A DNA stretch of 64,000 bases from a virus (Duplodnaviria; Heunggongvirae; Uroviricota; Caudoviricetes). The notes below the pieces were generated by a model. The model did no database searches. It was not told where the DNA came from and was given only the letters and a program-made list of their open reading frames with translations. The number at the start of each line of letters is the position of its first letter. Position 1 is the first letter of the stretch. The translations under genes were made by a program, and so were the position numbers. This document shows positions 38,371 through 48,670 of this stretch, in pieces. The stretch spans positions 65,035 through 129,034 of the IMG/VR virus record IMGVR_UViG_3300033153_006865, one strand, 5' to 3'.

Positions 38371-38845
38371 TTTTTTTAGTCCCTAGTGTTACTGTGGTTC
38401 GATTTGGAAATGATAGTGATAAGATGTGTATTCCGGAATTGTCTACAAATCCCTCAATACTAAATGTTGAGTCTTGCCCAGAATCAAAATCCTCCTTGAA
38501 TGCAGTATCGCATGGAATCTCAACAGGGATAAATGTAGAGTCGATAACATATCTTGTATCAATAATAGTTACTACTTTTGGCTTCTTAATTTTTATATTA
38601 TCGATGTAATCTACCAGGGAGTCATTTAAAATCTTAAGGGTTTCTAAATTCGTTTGGAGAACTTCGTTTTTGTGCACTACTGTACCATCCTTTGCTCTAT
38701 ACTCTTTCTGAGAATGTTTATAGTTGATGACTTCCCCTACATTAGATATGATGGATTTTTCTCCAGAGCATTTTCCAAGGTAGAATGTAATAGCTACAAG
38801 GGTTGTTATAACTAAAATCTGTTTGATCAGCTTATTGTGGTTCAT
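38189..38845 (-). CDS. Spanin-like membrane protein (218 aa)
   Basis: N-terminal hydrophobic helix ending LGKC, beta-rich middle, C-terminal KKWFQKGWVKVAAGAIIATGI; within the lysis cassette. Confidence 0.5.
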   Translation of the reverse strand: MNHNKLIKQILVITTLVAITFYLGKCSGEKSIISNVGEVINYKHSQKEYRAKDGTVVHKNEVLQTNLETLKILNDSLVDYIDNIKIKKPKVVTIIDTRYVIDSTFIPVEIPCDTAFKEDFDSGQDSTFSIEGFVDNSGIHILSLSFPNRTTVTLGTKKNGIFKKNEFIVATTNSNPHIKVEGISSYVFKDDKKWFQKGWVKVAAGAIIATGIHRQFNK

Positions 38846-38854
38846 AGGGGTTAT

Positions 38855-39052
38855 TTAACCTTGTGAATCTTCCTCAGGATCTGGGCATGGATCTGGGCAT
38901 GGATCTGGGCATTTCTTATTCAACACCTCGTCTAACTTCTTATGTATAGAGTCAATATCTACTCTCAAAAGGTTCTGCCCTTCTTCAATTAGTTTTAGGG
39001 TGTCAGGCTCCTTAAAGAACTTCAGGGATTTAAGTCGTTGTCTCCAGTCCAT
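38855..39052 (-). CDS. Small lysis-cassette protein (65 aa) with (CPDP)3 tail
   Basis: TAATG coupling to the upstream holin-like gene; coiled coil then CPDPCPDPCPDP. Confidence 0.6.
   Translation of the reverse strand: MDWRQRLKSLKFFKEPDTLKLIEEGQNLLRVDIDSIHKKLDEVLNKKCPDPCPDPCPDPEEDSQG
38877..38912. repeat. 12-bp tandem repeat x3 (GGATCTGGGCAT)
   Basis: Read directly; encodes the CPDP repeats on the minus strand. Confidence 0.9.
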
Positions 39053-39423
39053 TATCCTTTATCTTTTAGGGTGTCAAGCCTTATTAATAATTCCGCATTT
39101 TGCTTAATAAGTTCCTTATTCTGTCTGATTAACGTCACATTCTCAGCCTTAATAGTTGCATTCTCAGCAATAAGCTCTTCCACACGTTCTCTTAAAAAGA
39201 GGATGTCTTCTCTCATTTCGTCTTGCCTATCTATAAGGTTTCGCCTAAAAGCTACTTCTGGTTCGTTTTCATCATCCCTTTTATCCTTCTTATTTAAAGA
39301 ATACTGCTGGTACAATTTCAATATAGCTCCTCCTCCTACAAGACCTATTACAGCCAGTATGATACCTCCAATGTCTATTCCTTCTGGTGCCAGTTCTATT
39401 GCTGCTACTATTATACTACTCAT
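39052..39423 (-). CDS. Holin-like single-TM protein with coiled-coil C-terminus
   Basis: IGGIILAVIGLVGGGAILKLY TM segment; first gene of the lysis cassette. Confidence 0.5.
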   Translation of the reverse strand: MSSIIVAAIELAPEGIDIGGIILAVIGLVGGGAILKLYQQYSLNKKDKRDDENEPEVAFRRNLIDRQDEMREDILFLRERVEELIAENATIKAENVTLIRQNKELIKQNAELLIRLDTLKDKG

Positions 39424-39527
39424 TTCTTAATACTGTTTTTATTTACACTAGTTAATTTCAGCTAGATGTTCTAAACCAGTTCTGATCTCCACTTCTCTAC
39501 AATTCCTCTCACCTTGTGTCTTATTAT

Positions 39528-39689
39528 TTATAAAGTTTGTTCTATTGCTTGCAACTCTCCGATCGTCACACTAGCGTTTATTGAGTCTATTGTTGCTTGG
39601 TCTTCAATATGCTTTACCCTCAATAAAGCATACATGTATATTTTATATCCTTCTACTGTTGCTAAATCGAACTTTTCTATACTTTGCAT
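39528..39689 (-). CDS. Small protein (53 aa, not in track), possible tail-fibre chaperone
   Basis: MQSIEKFDLATVEGYKIYMYALLRVKHIEDQATIDSINASVTIGELQAIEQTL; starts 6 nt after the fibre stop. Confidence 0.6.
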   Translation of the reverse strand: MQSIEKFDLATVEGYKIYMYALLRVKHIEDQATIDSINASVTIGELQAIEQTL

Positions 39690-39694
39690 AATAA

Positions 39695-41563
39695 TTAATT
39701 ATAAGTGAATGTACTTGCTTTTAAATAAGTTGCTACGTTATTATCTATTTGACTAAATACTTCTATATTTATAACATCATAAGGAGCAATCGTACTTCCA
39801 AATGTTAATGTTTTTAATTCCCAAGTAAGATCAGCAGTTGCTAATATAGTTACTGCATTAATAGTTGAATCAACTACATCATTTATCCATGCTGTCATAA
39901 CATGTGAATCTACCGCTCCATTTCTTCTTACCCATATTTTTAATTGACCTCCTGAAACATATCCTTTTGGAACTACCAAATCATCTACAATAAATGATGT
40001 TTGATTATCTCCACCGCCTAATGCTCTAATTGTAATTTCATTACCAACAAAAATCAATGAGTTTGTTGCTGTCCCTCCTGCGCTAATAAATGAGGAAGTG
40101 TGCATTACAACATCATTGGTTCCTCCAGCAGCCTCCTTCCATATAGCAGCACCAGTACTGGCATCTAAGCATGAGTATTTTTTCTTGTTTGTTATATCAA
40201 ACCATTCGGAACCTATAGAATAACCTTCTGTATTATCATCACTAACTGTCGGAGCCGTGGTTGCATCTAGCTTATCTAATATTATAGCCTGTGTATATTG
40301 TAATGTGTTTAAGTGATATCGTTCAGTTGCTATACCTCCCTGTATGCCTGCCAATCCATTATGTGTTGTAGCTTGACTAGATACGAATTGTCTTTCAAAC
40401 GCACTTAATACATCATCAAAATTCGTAGCTCCTTTTTCATAAACAACTAAACCTATTAATGACCCTAATCCGCTTATTATGGAAGGTATATTAGTAGGTA
40501 TTGTTGCATTTTTAGCAGATGCTAAATCAGGATACTCTTGCTGCCCTCTTAAAACTGCTAATTCAGACGGAGAGTCATTAATAATATACACCCAAGAAAC
40601 TCCGTACTTATTGTTACCTATTGTAGTTTGTACTCCATTATTGTCCCAAAGTGTATTGTTTATCTGTTTCTCACCTGTAGTTTTGACAAATCCGCTCGGC
40701 GTATCTTGATAGTATAAGGTATATACATTTTCATTTGCTGTTCCAGCTACTGATGTGTCAAAAGCAACATGCAATATTTGCTTGACCATAAAATAGAAAG
40801 ACCCTTCTGTTACTGATATATTTCTAGTCCCTGATTCACTTAAAGCTGTTCCACCTTCTGAATGTATGAATCTACTAAAGTCAAAAAACAACCTTCTAAC
40901 TTTAGTGGATATGTCAATGTTTTGCTCTCTAGCATCAATCTCTTTTATAGTTGCATTATCTATATCTAAGTATACTACATAAGCTAAGCATTTCTCTAAA
41001 CAGTTGAATGATGAAGGAGAGGTAGAGGCGACAAATTGAGGAGTGCCTGAGTTCCAATCTAAATAAACATAATTAATAGCATCTGGAGTTAACGCAAGAT
41101 TCTCTTGTACGGTTACTTCTACTGCATATATCGATTCGTGTGGATCGGGTAAGGCTCTCAATAATGCATAACCTGCTTCTATATCTATCGTACCATCAAC
41201 ATTATCTATTAAATCACAACCATGAACTACTCCTGCACTAGCTATATGATTTATAACTTCTTGTAAATTATCTATATGAGAAGGGTCTCCTACTTTAAGG
41301 CTAGGAGTATAGGGAACTTCTGAAAACCCATCTACAGATTTATCAAAAACGTCTAGTAATTTTTTTTTCTCTTCATCTGTGAAAGCGTTGGTGTCTGGAT
41401 TTGACTCATAAAGAGTTTTAATTTCAGTTGGAGGCAGTGCTACACCACCATCTAATAGAGAATCTACATCCGATCTAAGGCCTAAAATATCCTTACAAAG
41501 GCACGAGAGCTTATTGCCTAGCCTAAGTATATTCCTACGTAGTAATGCTATCTGTTTATTCAT
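39695..41563 (-). CDS. Tail fibre/spike-like protein (622 aa)
   Basis: APTVSDDNTEGYSIGSEWFD...YSCLDASTGAAIW fibre motif; beta-rich C-terminal domain. Confidence 0.65.
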   Translation of the reverse strand: MNKQIALLRRNILRLGNKLSCLCKDILGLRSDVDSLLDGGVALPPTEIKTLYESNPDTNAFTDEEKKKLLDVFDKSVDGFSEVPYTPSLKVGDPSHIDNLQEVINHIASAGVVHGCDLIDNVDGTIDIEAGYALLRALPDPHESIYAVEVTVQENLALTPDAINYVYLDWNSGTPQFVASTSPSSFNCLEKCLAYVVYLDIDNATIKEIDAREQNIDISTKVRRLFFDFSRFIHSEGGTALSESGTRNISVTEGSFYFMVKQILHVAFDTSVAGTANENVYTLYYQDTPSGFVKTTGEKQINNTLWDNNGVQTTIGNNKYGVSWVYIINDSPSELAVLRGQQEYPDLASAKNATIPTNIPSIISGLGSLIGLVVYEKGATNFDDVLSAFERQFVSSQATTHNGLAGIQGGIATERYHLNTLQYTQAIILDKLDATTAPTVSDDNTEGYSIGSEWFDITNKKKYSCLDASTGAAIWKEAAGGTNDVVMHTSSFISAGGTATNSLIFVGNEITIRALGGGDNQTSFIVDDLVVPKGYVSGGQLKIWVRRNGAVDSHVMTAWINDVVDSTINAVTILATADLTWELKTLTFGSTIAPYDVINIEVFSQIDNNVATYLKASTFTYN

Positions 41564-41598
41564 TTCTTTAGGTAATTGAATTTAAAGGCTTTGTGGTG

Positions 41599-41636
41599 TA
41601 AACTTAATAAATAATTTGAATTTATCAAAAAAGATT
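41599..41636 (-). promoter_or_regulatory. Promoter with extended upstream box
   Basis: AATCTTTTTTG-N19-TAAGTTTA-CACC. Confidence 0.65.
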
Positions 41637-41649
41637 GATTTCTATAACA

Positions 41650-41681
41650 TAGAAAAGGGAGACCATTTCTAGTCTCCCTTT
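41650..41681 (-). terminator. Rho-independent terminator after the auxiliary capsid gene
   Basis: AAAGGGAGAC-N8-GTCTCCCTTT perfect stem, then TCT. Confidence 0.8.
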
Positions 41682-41702
41682 CATTACTATGATAAAACAA
41701 TA

Positions 41703-43994
41703 TTATCCGAATGCTTTAACAGTGTTAACACCTGCATTAGATGCTAAGTCGTTAAGCAAATCTTCAACAGCATTGTGTCGTCCAACTTCAACATAAATAC
41801 CATAATCGATATTATCTGAAATTCTTTGTCCAAACGACTGTGTTGAAGCAGATGGATTAACTTGAAGAGTGTAGTGTACGTACTGTACAGTTTGATCCTC
41901 TAAGTTAGATATCTCTCCTCTAAGAAGTCTCCCAAGGTAATCTTTGTAATCATACCCTCTGAAATAGGCTCTGCTTTCGTTCTCCATATCTCGCATATTA
42001 CCTGCAAGGTGAGTACGTTCAACCCAACGAGAAATCTGTGTTGTTTTGAAGGTTCCTGTAGGGATTCTTCCAATACCTTCTCTAATCTCCTCTGGATAGC
42101 CAGCTGCTATTCTTACTTTTGTAGAAGTCTCAACAAATCCAACTCGATCTCTCAATGCTTCTTCGGCATTTAAAGTAAAAGTTTTACCTTTAACCCTAAT
42201 TCCACATAAACATTCTCCTGAAGGAAGTAAGCTATTTGCATCTACTAGTACCCATTCTTCTCCATCATAAGCTTCTGGTGCTTCTGTCTTGTAGTAGTCC
42301 TTAAATATATCATCACATTCATCACATACAATATCAGACACAACTGTAATGTTGTAACGAGTTTGACAAGCTACACTTCCACCAATTTCTGTAACTGCTC
42401 CAAGTGTTCCCGCTAAATCTGTAGCTGTGTTTACTATTGTTGGTAAAACCCATCCATCTACTGGACCTGTTATGGTCAATACCCCCGCTGCTTCTGAAAT
42501 TGTGTAGTCAGAACCAGTTTCAATATTAGACTCTTCAGCAACTACAAAGTTGGTTGCTGTAGTTCCAAGATCTGTAACGAACGTAATATTGTAAACATTT
42601 CCTTCAATTGTAATATCTGCTGATCCAGTCGCACCTGTAAGTGTTAAATCTACAGTATTTGTCCCTCCTGGAGCCAATGCTACAGTCTCTTGGTATGCTG
42701 CTTGGAGTTCTCCTAATCTAGTGGCTCCACATTCCGTATCTGGAAGTGTTAATGTATAGTCTTGCTCAACAACATTACAAGTATCACCTACAACCCAGGC
42801 GATATTTGTTATTGTTCCATTTTCACAGATGGCTTCAACATTTCCGAGGTTGTCAAGTGTAGCTGATGCAGTACTTGCATCCGTTGTAAGGAATGTAGCG
42901 ATCTCAGCACTTGTAAGTGCATCATTAAGTATTACTGTATAGAACCCAATTCCTGCAGAAGTCCCATCTGCTTTTTCCGCTGTACCTGCAACTGCTCCTG
43001 GCAATGCTTGAACAACCGCTGTTTTATCAACACCGTTATCTTCAATAGTTACGGCATAAAGAACACCTTCATCAGTCGCTGTATATCCAGCTGGACATGT
43101 ATCACACCCTTTTATGATTGAAGCAAGTGATTGTGCATAATCTGTTGGTGCTCCAGAAGCATTAGGTAATAACACTTGATATGTAGACGTTGCGCCAATG
43201 CGTTCAACTCTAATAACTTGTGTGTCGTATTGCTGTGCAACTAATGCCAGAGCTGAATCGGTTCCTGTATCACAAACCTCTAAAATGTAGAAGTCATAAG
43301 CAATCTCAGTAAGGACTGCATCACTATCACAACTAAATACTGGAGTAATATCAACAAATTTATCCACGGTGACTCCACCTGCTAATTGCTTATTCTTTAA
43401 TCTTTCAATTGCTTCAATTGTAATTGCCTTACAATCAATTTCATTAGTACAGTCGTCACAATTACCACAATTGTCTAATGGATCACAACTTGGTATCTCT
43501 ACATTTATAGAGACAAGTTCTGTTGCTTCTCTTCCCCCCATCAACGGGCTATCTGCTCCTCTGTATGCAATAGCATCTCCGGAAAGCTCCATAGTCATTC
43601 GGAAATACGAATCTCCTGACTTAAAGTCAAACGCTGTGCTCGGATCAATACCATTATATCCAATGATTACCTCATCCACTGTTTGCTCAGTATGTTTTGG
43701 AGTAGATACTCTTAAGTCAACGATATCGTCCAATGAGAATTGGACAGTAGATTGAGCCTTGTCCGTATGAGATCGGTCTGGTCGTTTTTTACTGACCCCT
43801 AAACGAAGTTCAAGATCTTTAGCACTTTTCTTCTTTCCAGCAGTTGTAGTAAGTACAGCTACACCGTCTACTGTAGACTTCTTCGTGTCAATAAGAGCAA
43901 GCTGCCCTTTCGCTAGGTTCAAAGAACCTCCTGTTAGTTTCACAGCACCTCCAATTAAGAAGAAGTCTCTGTCAAACGGATTATGTAAACCCAT
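41703..43994 (-). CDS. Major structural protein (763 aa), crAss-like auxiliary capsid-type with Ig-like inserts
   Basis: Own promoter and terminator; acidic, Thr/Ala-rich; position two genes after the MCP-adjacent gene. Confidence 0.55.
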   Translation of the reverse strand: MGLHNPFDRDFFLIGGAVKLTGGSLNLAKGQLALIDTKKSTVDGVAVLTTTAGKKKSAKDLELRLGVSKKRPDRSHTDKAQSTVQFSLDDIVDLRVSTPKHTEQTVDEVIIGYNGIDPSTAFDFKSGDSYFRMTMELSGDAIAYRGADSPLMGGREATELVSINVEIPSCDPLDNCGNCDDCTNEIDCKAITIEAIERLKNKQLAGGVTVDKFVDITPVFSCDSDAVLTEIAYDFYILEVCDTGTDSALALVAQQYDTQVIRVERIGATSTYQVLLPNASGAPTDYAQSLASIIKGCDTCPAGYTATDEGVLYAVTIEDNGVDKTAVVQALPGAVAGTAEKADGTSAGIGFYTVILNDALTSAEIATFLTTDASTASATLDNLGNVEAICENGTITNIAWVVGDTCNVVEQDYTLTLPDTECGATRLGELQAAYQETVALAPGGTNTVDLTLTGATGSADITIEGNVYNITFVTDLGTTATNFVVAEESNIETGSDYTISEAAGVLTITGPVDGWVLPTIVNTATDLAGTLGAVTEIGGSVACQTRYNITVVSDIVCDECDDIFKDYYKTEAPEAYDGEEWVLVDANSLLPSGECLCGIRVKGKTFTLNAEEALRDRVGFVETSTKVRIAAGYPEEIREGIGRIPTGTFKTTQISRWVERTHLAGNMRDMENESRAYFRGYDYKDYLGRLLRGEISNLEDQTVQYVHYTLQVNPSASTQSFGQRISDNIDYGIYVEVGRHNAVEDLLNDLASNAGVNTVKAFG

Positions 43995-44076
43995 AGTTTC
44001 TGTTATTTTTAAATTAAAATTTGATTATTTGTATGAGATAAATCTCTGCGTATAGAACATACGACTTATTTGACTG

Positions 44077-44114
44077 TAAATATATAAACAGTATTTTGAA
44101 TATCAAAAAAGATT
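44077..44114 (-). promoter_or_regulatory. Promoter with extended upstream box
   Basis: AATCTTTTTTG-N19-TATATTTA-CAGT; nearly identical in layout to 41599-41636. Confidence 0.7.
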
Positions 44115-44124
44115 GAGATTTGTT

Positions 44125-44790
44125 TTATATTATACTAAACAATCTGTCTTTATTAAGCTGGTATGCTGCTGAATCATTATTGTTAGCAGAGAATTGTTTT
44201 GCCATTGCTAGTAGTATTCTTCTAACAGCCTTATCTTGTAATTCTGGGCCTTCTGTAGTGGAGGCTGCTCCATCTGTGTGAACATATCCTACTATATCTA
44301 CTTGTTTTGGCTCTCTATAATAAGAGAGTAAGACTTCAGTGATCTCAAAATCCTTTTTAAAGACTGTTATCCCTTTTGAAGTGAAGGTGTAAAATGTCTC
44401 TTCCCAGTCTACTGAAGGTTCGTTATACTTATCATGGTAAAGTTCTTCTGTATTATCGGATTTAACTTCCCAGGTCTTAAGCTTTGTTTTCCCACAGTCC
44501 CCCTTTGCAAATACTTGTAAGTTAGAGTGGTCAAAATAATCCTTTGGTAGGGTGTAGTCAGTGTGGGTTGGTCTAGTCCCCGCACTGACTAATAGCTTAT
44601 CCATTACTAAGAGTGGTGATATATAACGAATTGTATCATCATTTTTCTTCTCAAGTATCCACTCTATGTATTTTGTTTGGGTACTATTATAAGTAAGGAT
44701 GAACCGAGGTTTATCAACATTGATGTTGTTGTTGGTATTATTCCTGTTTACCAATTGTAAAAACTCTACGTATGCATCCTCTATTTTCAT
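44125..44790 (-). CDS. Head-tail ring/adaptor protein (221 aa)
   Basis: FLQLVNR...FILTYN...YTLPKDY...LSYYREPKQV pattern; crAss-like synteny. Confidence 0.6.
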   Translation of the reverse strand: MKIEDAYVEFLQLVNRNNTNNNINVDKPRFILTYNSTQTKYIEWILEKKNDDTIRYISPLLVMDKLLVSAGTRPTHTDYTLPKDYFDHSNLQVFAKGDCGKTKLKTWEVKSDNTEELYHDKYNEPSVDWEETFYTFTSKGITVFKKDFEITEVLLSYYREPKQVDIVGYVHTDGAASTTEGPELQDKAVRRILLAMAKQFSANNNDSAAYQLNKDRLFSII

Positions 44791-45749
44791 TCTTCAAATA
44801 GTAAATCATTTTTAACATTCTCAAGGTCGGCCTCTTTGGATATTCTCCCTGCTGCACTCTTAAGATCTTTACCTACCTCAATATCTTTGTAATAGATAAT
44901 ACCATCTGTAATAGATAAATCTCCTCCCTTACGTACTTTATTCTTAAGAATTGAATATAATTCAATTTTCGCTTTTCCAGATTCCTTCTTCATGTCATCA
45001 AGTACCATGTTGAAAGTCTTAAGGTTATTTACATTCGATAGGTATTGCTTAAACACTCCTTGTAGAGCTTCCTCTGAAGTCTCAGTAGCAATCTCCATAC
45101 CTAAGTATCTTAATACTTTGTAAAGCATCTCCTTATCAGTGTAAAGCATTTTTTGGAATGCTCCAATAGCCTTAAACTCGGTAGATGCATCTTGATCTCT
45201 TTTCTTAATATCTTTGTTGACATCTGATATTCTAAATGCTGCTCCATTGAAAGTTGTATCCCCTTCTAAATGTGTTGGTACTAATTGCCTTCGCATAAAA
45301 GCGAAATATAGATGAAGGACATCTACTGGACTCTCTGTTCTAAAAACTCTTCCCTCCCAAACTCTAAATGGTGTTTTCTCAATAGATTTGTCATCTGTAT
45401 GACTCATTGCTTTGTCATCTCCAACAACTTTTCTGTACGGCTCCAAAACATTTTCTACAAGAACCTCTACTTTCTCTTCTGATTCTTCTGTGGTCAATCC
45501 TTGATAACAAGGAGATAACGAATAAAACCCTGTATCCCATGATCCAATTCCTCGTGCTGCTCCTTCAGCTTGCTTAAATAGACAATAAAAAGTATCACCT
45601 ACACCTTCTGATGGAAGTTTTGTGGAGCCCATTTCCTGGTATCCGGTTGGTGCATCTAAGTCTGGTCTATGTTGGACAGTGTAGAGTGAGTTTTTTCTCA
45701 CTTTGAATCCGTGTAGCTCAAAGAGGACTTCTTTATCTTTTTCTGGCAT
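44787..45749 (-). CDS. Conserved capsid-module protein following MCP; start moved to ATG 45749 (MPEKDK)
   Basis: The track's TTG start falls inside a promoter; ATGA-type overlap with the next gene. Confidence 0.6.
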   Translation of the reverse strand: MPEKDKEVLFELHGFKVRKNSLYTVQHRPDLDAPTGYQEMGSTKLPSEGVGDTFYCLFKQAEGAARGIGSWDTGFYSLSPCYQGLTTEESEEKVEVLVENVLEPYRKVVGDDKAMSHTDDKSIEKTPFRVWEGRVFRTESPVDVLHLYFAFMRRQLVPTHLEGDTTFNGAAFRISDVNKDIKKRDQDASTEFKAIGAFQKMLYTDKEMLYKVLRYLGMEIATETSEEALQGVFKQYLSNVNNLKTFNMVLDDMKKESGKAKIELYSILKNKVRKGGDLSITDGIIYYKDIEVGKDLKSAAGRISKEADLENVKNDLLFEE

Positions 45750-45764
45750 ATTATTGATTTTCAA

Positions 45765-45802
45765 CAAAAATAGAGTTTTAAGTATAGCTTGCAAAAAACA
45801 TT
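45765..45802 (-). promoter_or_regulatory. Bacteroidota-type promoter
   Basis: AATGTTTTTTG-N19-TATTTTTG. Confidence 0.75.
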
Positions 45803-45816
45803 AGGATTTATTCTAT

Positions 45817-45849
45817 AAACAAAAAGGCCTAAACTAATGCTTAGGCCTT
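45817..45849 (-). terminator. Rho-independent terminator after MCP
   Basis: AAGGCCTAA-N8-TTAGGCCTT followed by TTTGTTT. Confidence 0.85.
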
Positions 45850-45871
45850 GTTATATATAAACTATTAAATT

Positions 45872-47569
45872 TTAGTTCTCGCTGTTTTGCAACTCAATAA
45901 TAATGTAACGAGTAGTATCTAGGATTAACGCTGCTGATTGAGACGTTGCCCAGAATGCTCTGCCCATGTGCTTCAATGAACTTACGATATTAGAAGTTTG
46001 GCCTCCATTCTCCATACGTCCTTGCTCGTAACCATATACCATATGAGCTCCCTCAGGCTTGATATAATAAATGTTAGAACGAGTATTACCTCCTTCAACT
46101 AAACTGGCTCCTTTAACCTTATTAGATACATTACTGTATTCAGCTTTGGTTGCATCCCAAATAACAAGTGAGTGGGAAGTGTGAGCTTCGCCTTCACCAT
46201 ACATTCCTGAAGAGAAACGATCAGCTAACGGTTGGTAATCCAATGAATCATCATGAATAACTTCGACTCTACCAATTCCTGGGAATAATACAGATTGAAT
46301 AACAACTGCTTGCATTTTTAGATCATCAAGTTTTCCAGAGAATACTTTGTCAACTTGTGCATCTGTACCTAACATTCCAGCTGGAAGTGATCCTAGCTGA
46401 GATATAGCCTCTGAACGGAATAAGTTAAGAACGTTTTGGTATGCAAACCATCCAGCTTTAAATCTAAGAACACGATCTTTTGGATTGATCTTGGAATTCT
46501 TAAATATGTAAGAAGAAGCTTCATGAATATGATCCAATGTGATTCCTCCTGGCTTAGGATATTTGATAAGCTTTCCCCTACGTAATTGGTGCCAAACACC
46601 TTCGTTGACACGCTTAACTCCATTTGCTGATTGGATAGTTGCTGCCTTGGCAAATAACAACTGGTAGGCTTCCATCATAGCTAACTCCATAAGAGCTAAG
46701 TACTCAAGAGTAGCACCAATCTTCATGTTACCTTTACGATAGTTACCATCTTTACCCATTTTTGCAAGGAAGAACATCTCACGAGATTTTCCACCAAGAG
46801 TATTAAGCCCCTCTTCAATAGAGTCTCTCATATCATCTGCAAAAGCAGTCATCCCCGGTACTTTCATACGGGCAGCCTTAGCTGTTGTGAAAGTCTCAAC
46901 ACCTCTAGGAGATCCTAGCAAGAATTCGTTAGTGATTGATCCAGTAGGATTTTTAATCATTGTGATTGAAGAGAATGCCGTATCATACTCAGCAAGTACG
47001 TGACCAATTTTCATCCAAGAAATACCAGCACGAAGTTTCTCTTTCGGAAACCACTTAGTCCTATCATTCGTAGAGAATAACACAACGTGTTTATAGTGCT
47101 CACCGACCTTCTCAACTTCATGGTCTGAAGAAACTATAACTTGTTGACCGTATTGCGGATCATAAGTTAAAATATCATTCTTAGCAAACTCTCTGTTCAA
47201 GATAATTTCGAAGGAGCTTTCATCAATACCTGGAAACTCAAATAAATCAGAAGTGTCGATAGCAGTATAACACTTGCTCTTCCCCCTGTTTACTGGTAAG
47301 TCATAAGTAATTGATTCGCCTTCTGAACATTCTAACACTGCAGAATCTTCGAAAAGGTCTTTCATAAATGGCATCGATACATCGTGAGTGGTGCTGAACA
47401 AGTTGATCATCCCTAGATGCTTCTTATGTGAAGCTCCTTCATCGTCCATTAAATAAGCCGATACTCTAGATGCGTCTAGCCAGCCTAGAGTTTTCATTTC
47501 CTTCGAACTAGTGAATCCAATTACTGAATCGCCGTTAAGGACCTCTCTGATGTCAAACGTATTTTCCAT
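45872..47569 (-). CDS. Major capsid protein (565 aa)
   Basis: terminase-portal-scaffold-MCP order of crAss-like phages; size; strong terminator downstream. Sequence motif not independently diagnostic. Confidence 0.75.
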   Translation of the reverse strand: MENTFDIREVLNGDSVIGFTSSKEMKTLGWLDASRVSAYLMDDEGASHKKHLGMINLFSTTHDVSMPFMKDLFEDSAVLECSEGESITYDLPVNRGKSKCYTAIDTSDLFEFPGIDESSFEIILNREFAKNDILTYDPQYGQQVIVSSDHEVEKVGEHYKHVVLFSTNDRTKWFPKEKLRAGISWMKIGHVLAEYDTAFSSITMIKNPTGSITNEFLLGSPRGVETFTTAKAARMKVPGMTAFADDMRDSIEEGLNTLGGKSREMFFLAKMGKDGNYRKGNMKIGATLEYLALMELAMMEAYQLLFAKAATIQSANGVKRVNEGVWHQLRRGKLIKYPKPGGITLDHIHEASSYIFKNSKINPKDRVLRFKAGWFAYQNVLNLFRSEAISQLGSLPAGMLGTDAQVDKVFSGKLDDLKMQAVVIQSVLFPGIGRVEVIHDDSLDYQPLADRFSSGMYGEGEAHTSHSLVIWDATKAEYSNVSNKVKGASLVEGGNTRSNIYYIKPEGAHMVYGYEQGRMENGGQTSNIVSSLKHMGRAFWATSQSAALILDTTRYIIIELQNSEN

Positions 47570-47595
47570 TGTCTAAATTATATTTGTGTTTATTT

Positions 47596-48624
47596 TTAAA
47601 AAGTTTTCTGTTTTAATTTGTTAAAGTCAATCTCATCTCCACCTTCTCCAATGTTTGACTTAGTATTCTTTTTAGTAGTTGTACCTGCAGTACCTTTCCT
47701 AATTAACTTTAGTTTTGAAGCTGTTTTAAGTTGAGTCTTCTTTTTAACTCCGCTTCCAACCTGCTTCATAAATTCATCCTCATCTAAAAGGAATAGTGCC
47801 ATCTTTGCCGCTTTCACTGGGTCAGACTTTAACTTGAAATAAAGATCATCGATTTCGAATTGTCCTTTGTCTCCTAATCTAGTCGCCTTCTTTACAACTT
47901 GATCTTTTAGAGAATCATTCATCTCGAATTGATTCATGTTTTCTCTCAGTTCCTTTTTATACCTTTTAAGGATTCCAGCTCTCTTCTTCTTGTCTTCATC
48001 AGCTTGAGCCTCTACAGCTTTTGACTGATTCTCTACAGCTGTTCTAAGTTCCGCCTCAGAAGTTTCTGCTGTTTCCTTTAATATACCTTCGGTCTCATAT
48101 GCTTTTATTAGTCGAGAGATATCGGGATCGCTGTGCTGTCCTCCTGCTGCCAATCTCATGTAGATTGCCTTCTTTTGATCAACTGGCTTCTCTAAGTCCA
48201 ATGCATCTAATGGGTCAAGTGTGTTAACCTTTGATGCAATTAATCCAGAGATATCTCCTCCATTCTGGTCAATTTCAAGAAGCCTTTGTGCAAACTCGGA
48301 TACTTTTGACTTATCAATCTTATCCTTCTTTGCTTCTTCTTCAATCTGATCTATCCTGTTTGTCAGTATGTTGACATACATTTCCTGGTCTAGCTCTAAA
48401 TCTGCAATAGCTACTTCTACTTCTTCTCCTTTATCATCTTCTTGGATGATGTGGGTGATTGTATCACCTATAATACTTTTTAAAGAAGCTTTAAGATTTT
48501 TAGAAGCTTCAGTTTCATTTTCCAATGCTTCTGCTTCCTTCTTCTCTCTAGCTAACTTTTCCTCAGCAGTTTCATTCTCCAGTGCTTCTCTTGCCGCTTT
48601 TTCCTCAGCAGTTTCCTGATTCAT
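47596..48624 (-). CDS. Scaffold-position protein, C-terminal part (342 aa)
   Basis: Acidic, helical; between portal and MCP; its ATG is created at a duplication junction. Confidence 0.65.
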   Translation of the reverse strand: MNQETAEEKAAREALENETAEEKLAREKKEAEALENETEASKNLKASLKSIIGDTITHIIQEDDKGEEVEVAIADLELDQEMYVNILTNRIDQIEEEAKKDKIDKSKVSEFAQRLLEIDQNGGDISGLIASKVNTLDPLDALDLEKPVDQKKAIYMRLAAGGQHSDPDISRLIKAYETEGILKETAETSEAELRTAVENQSKAVEAQADEDKKKRAGILKRYKKELRENMNQFEMNDSLKDQVVKKATRLGDKGQFEIDDLYFKLKSDPVKAAKMALFLLDEDEFMKQVGSGVKKKTQLKTASKLKLIRKGTAGTTTKKNTKSNIGEGGDEIDFNKLKQKTF

Positions 48625-48670
48625 TCTCCAGTGCTTCTCTTGCCGCTTTTTCCTCAGCAGTTTCCTGATT
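48573..48670. repeat. Exact 49-bp tandem duplication causing a frameshift
   Basis: 48573-48621 equals 48622-48670; partial third copy at ~48557-48572. Confidence 0.95.

Noticed and set aside
29939-41563. Diversity-generating retroelement acting on tail fibres
   Set aside because: No reverse transcriptase in the window; the 387-bp repeat copies are both in-frame coding and differ at all base types rather than only adenines.
48557-48670. CRISPR-like array
   Set aside because: Two abutting copies with no spacers, inside coding sequence.
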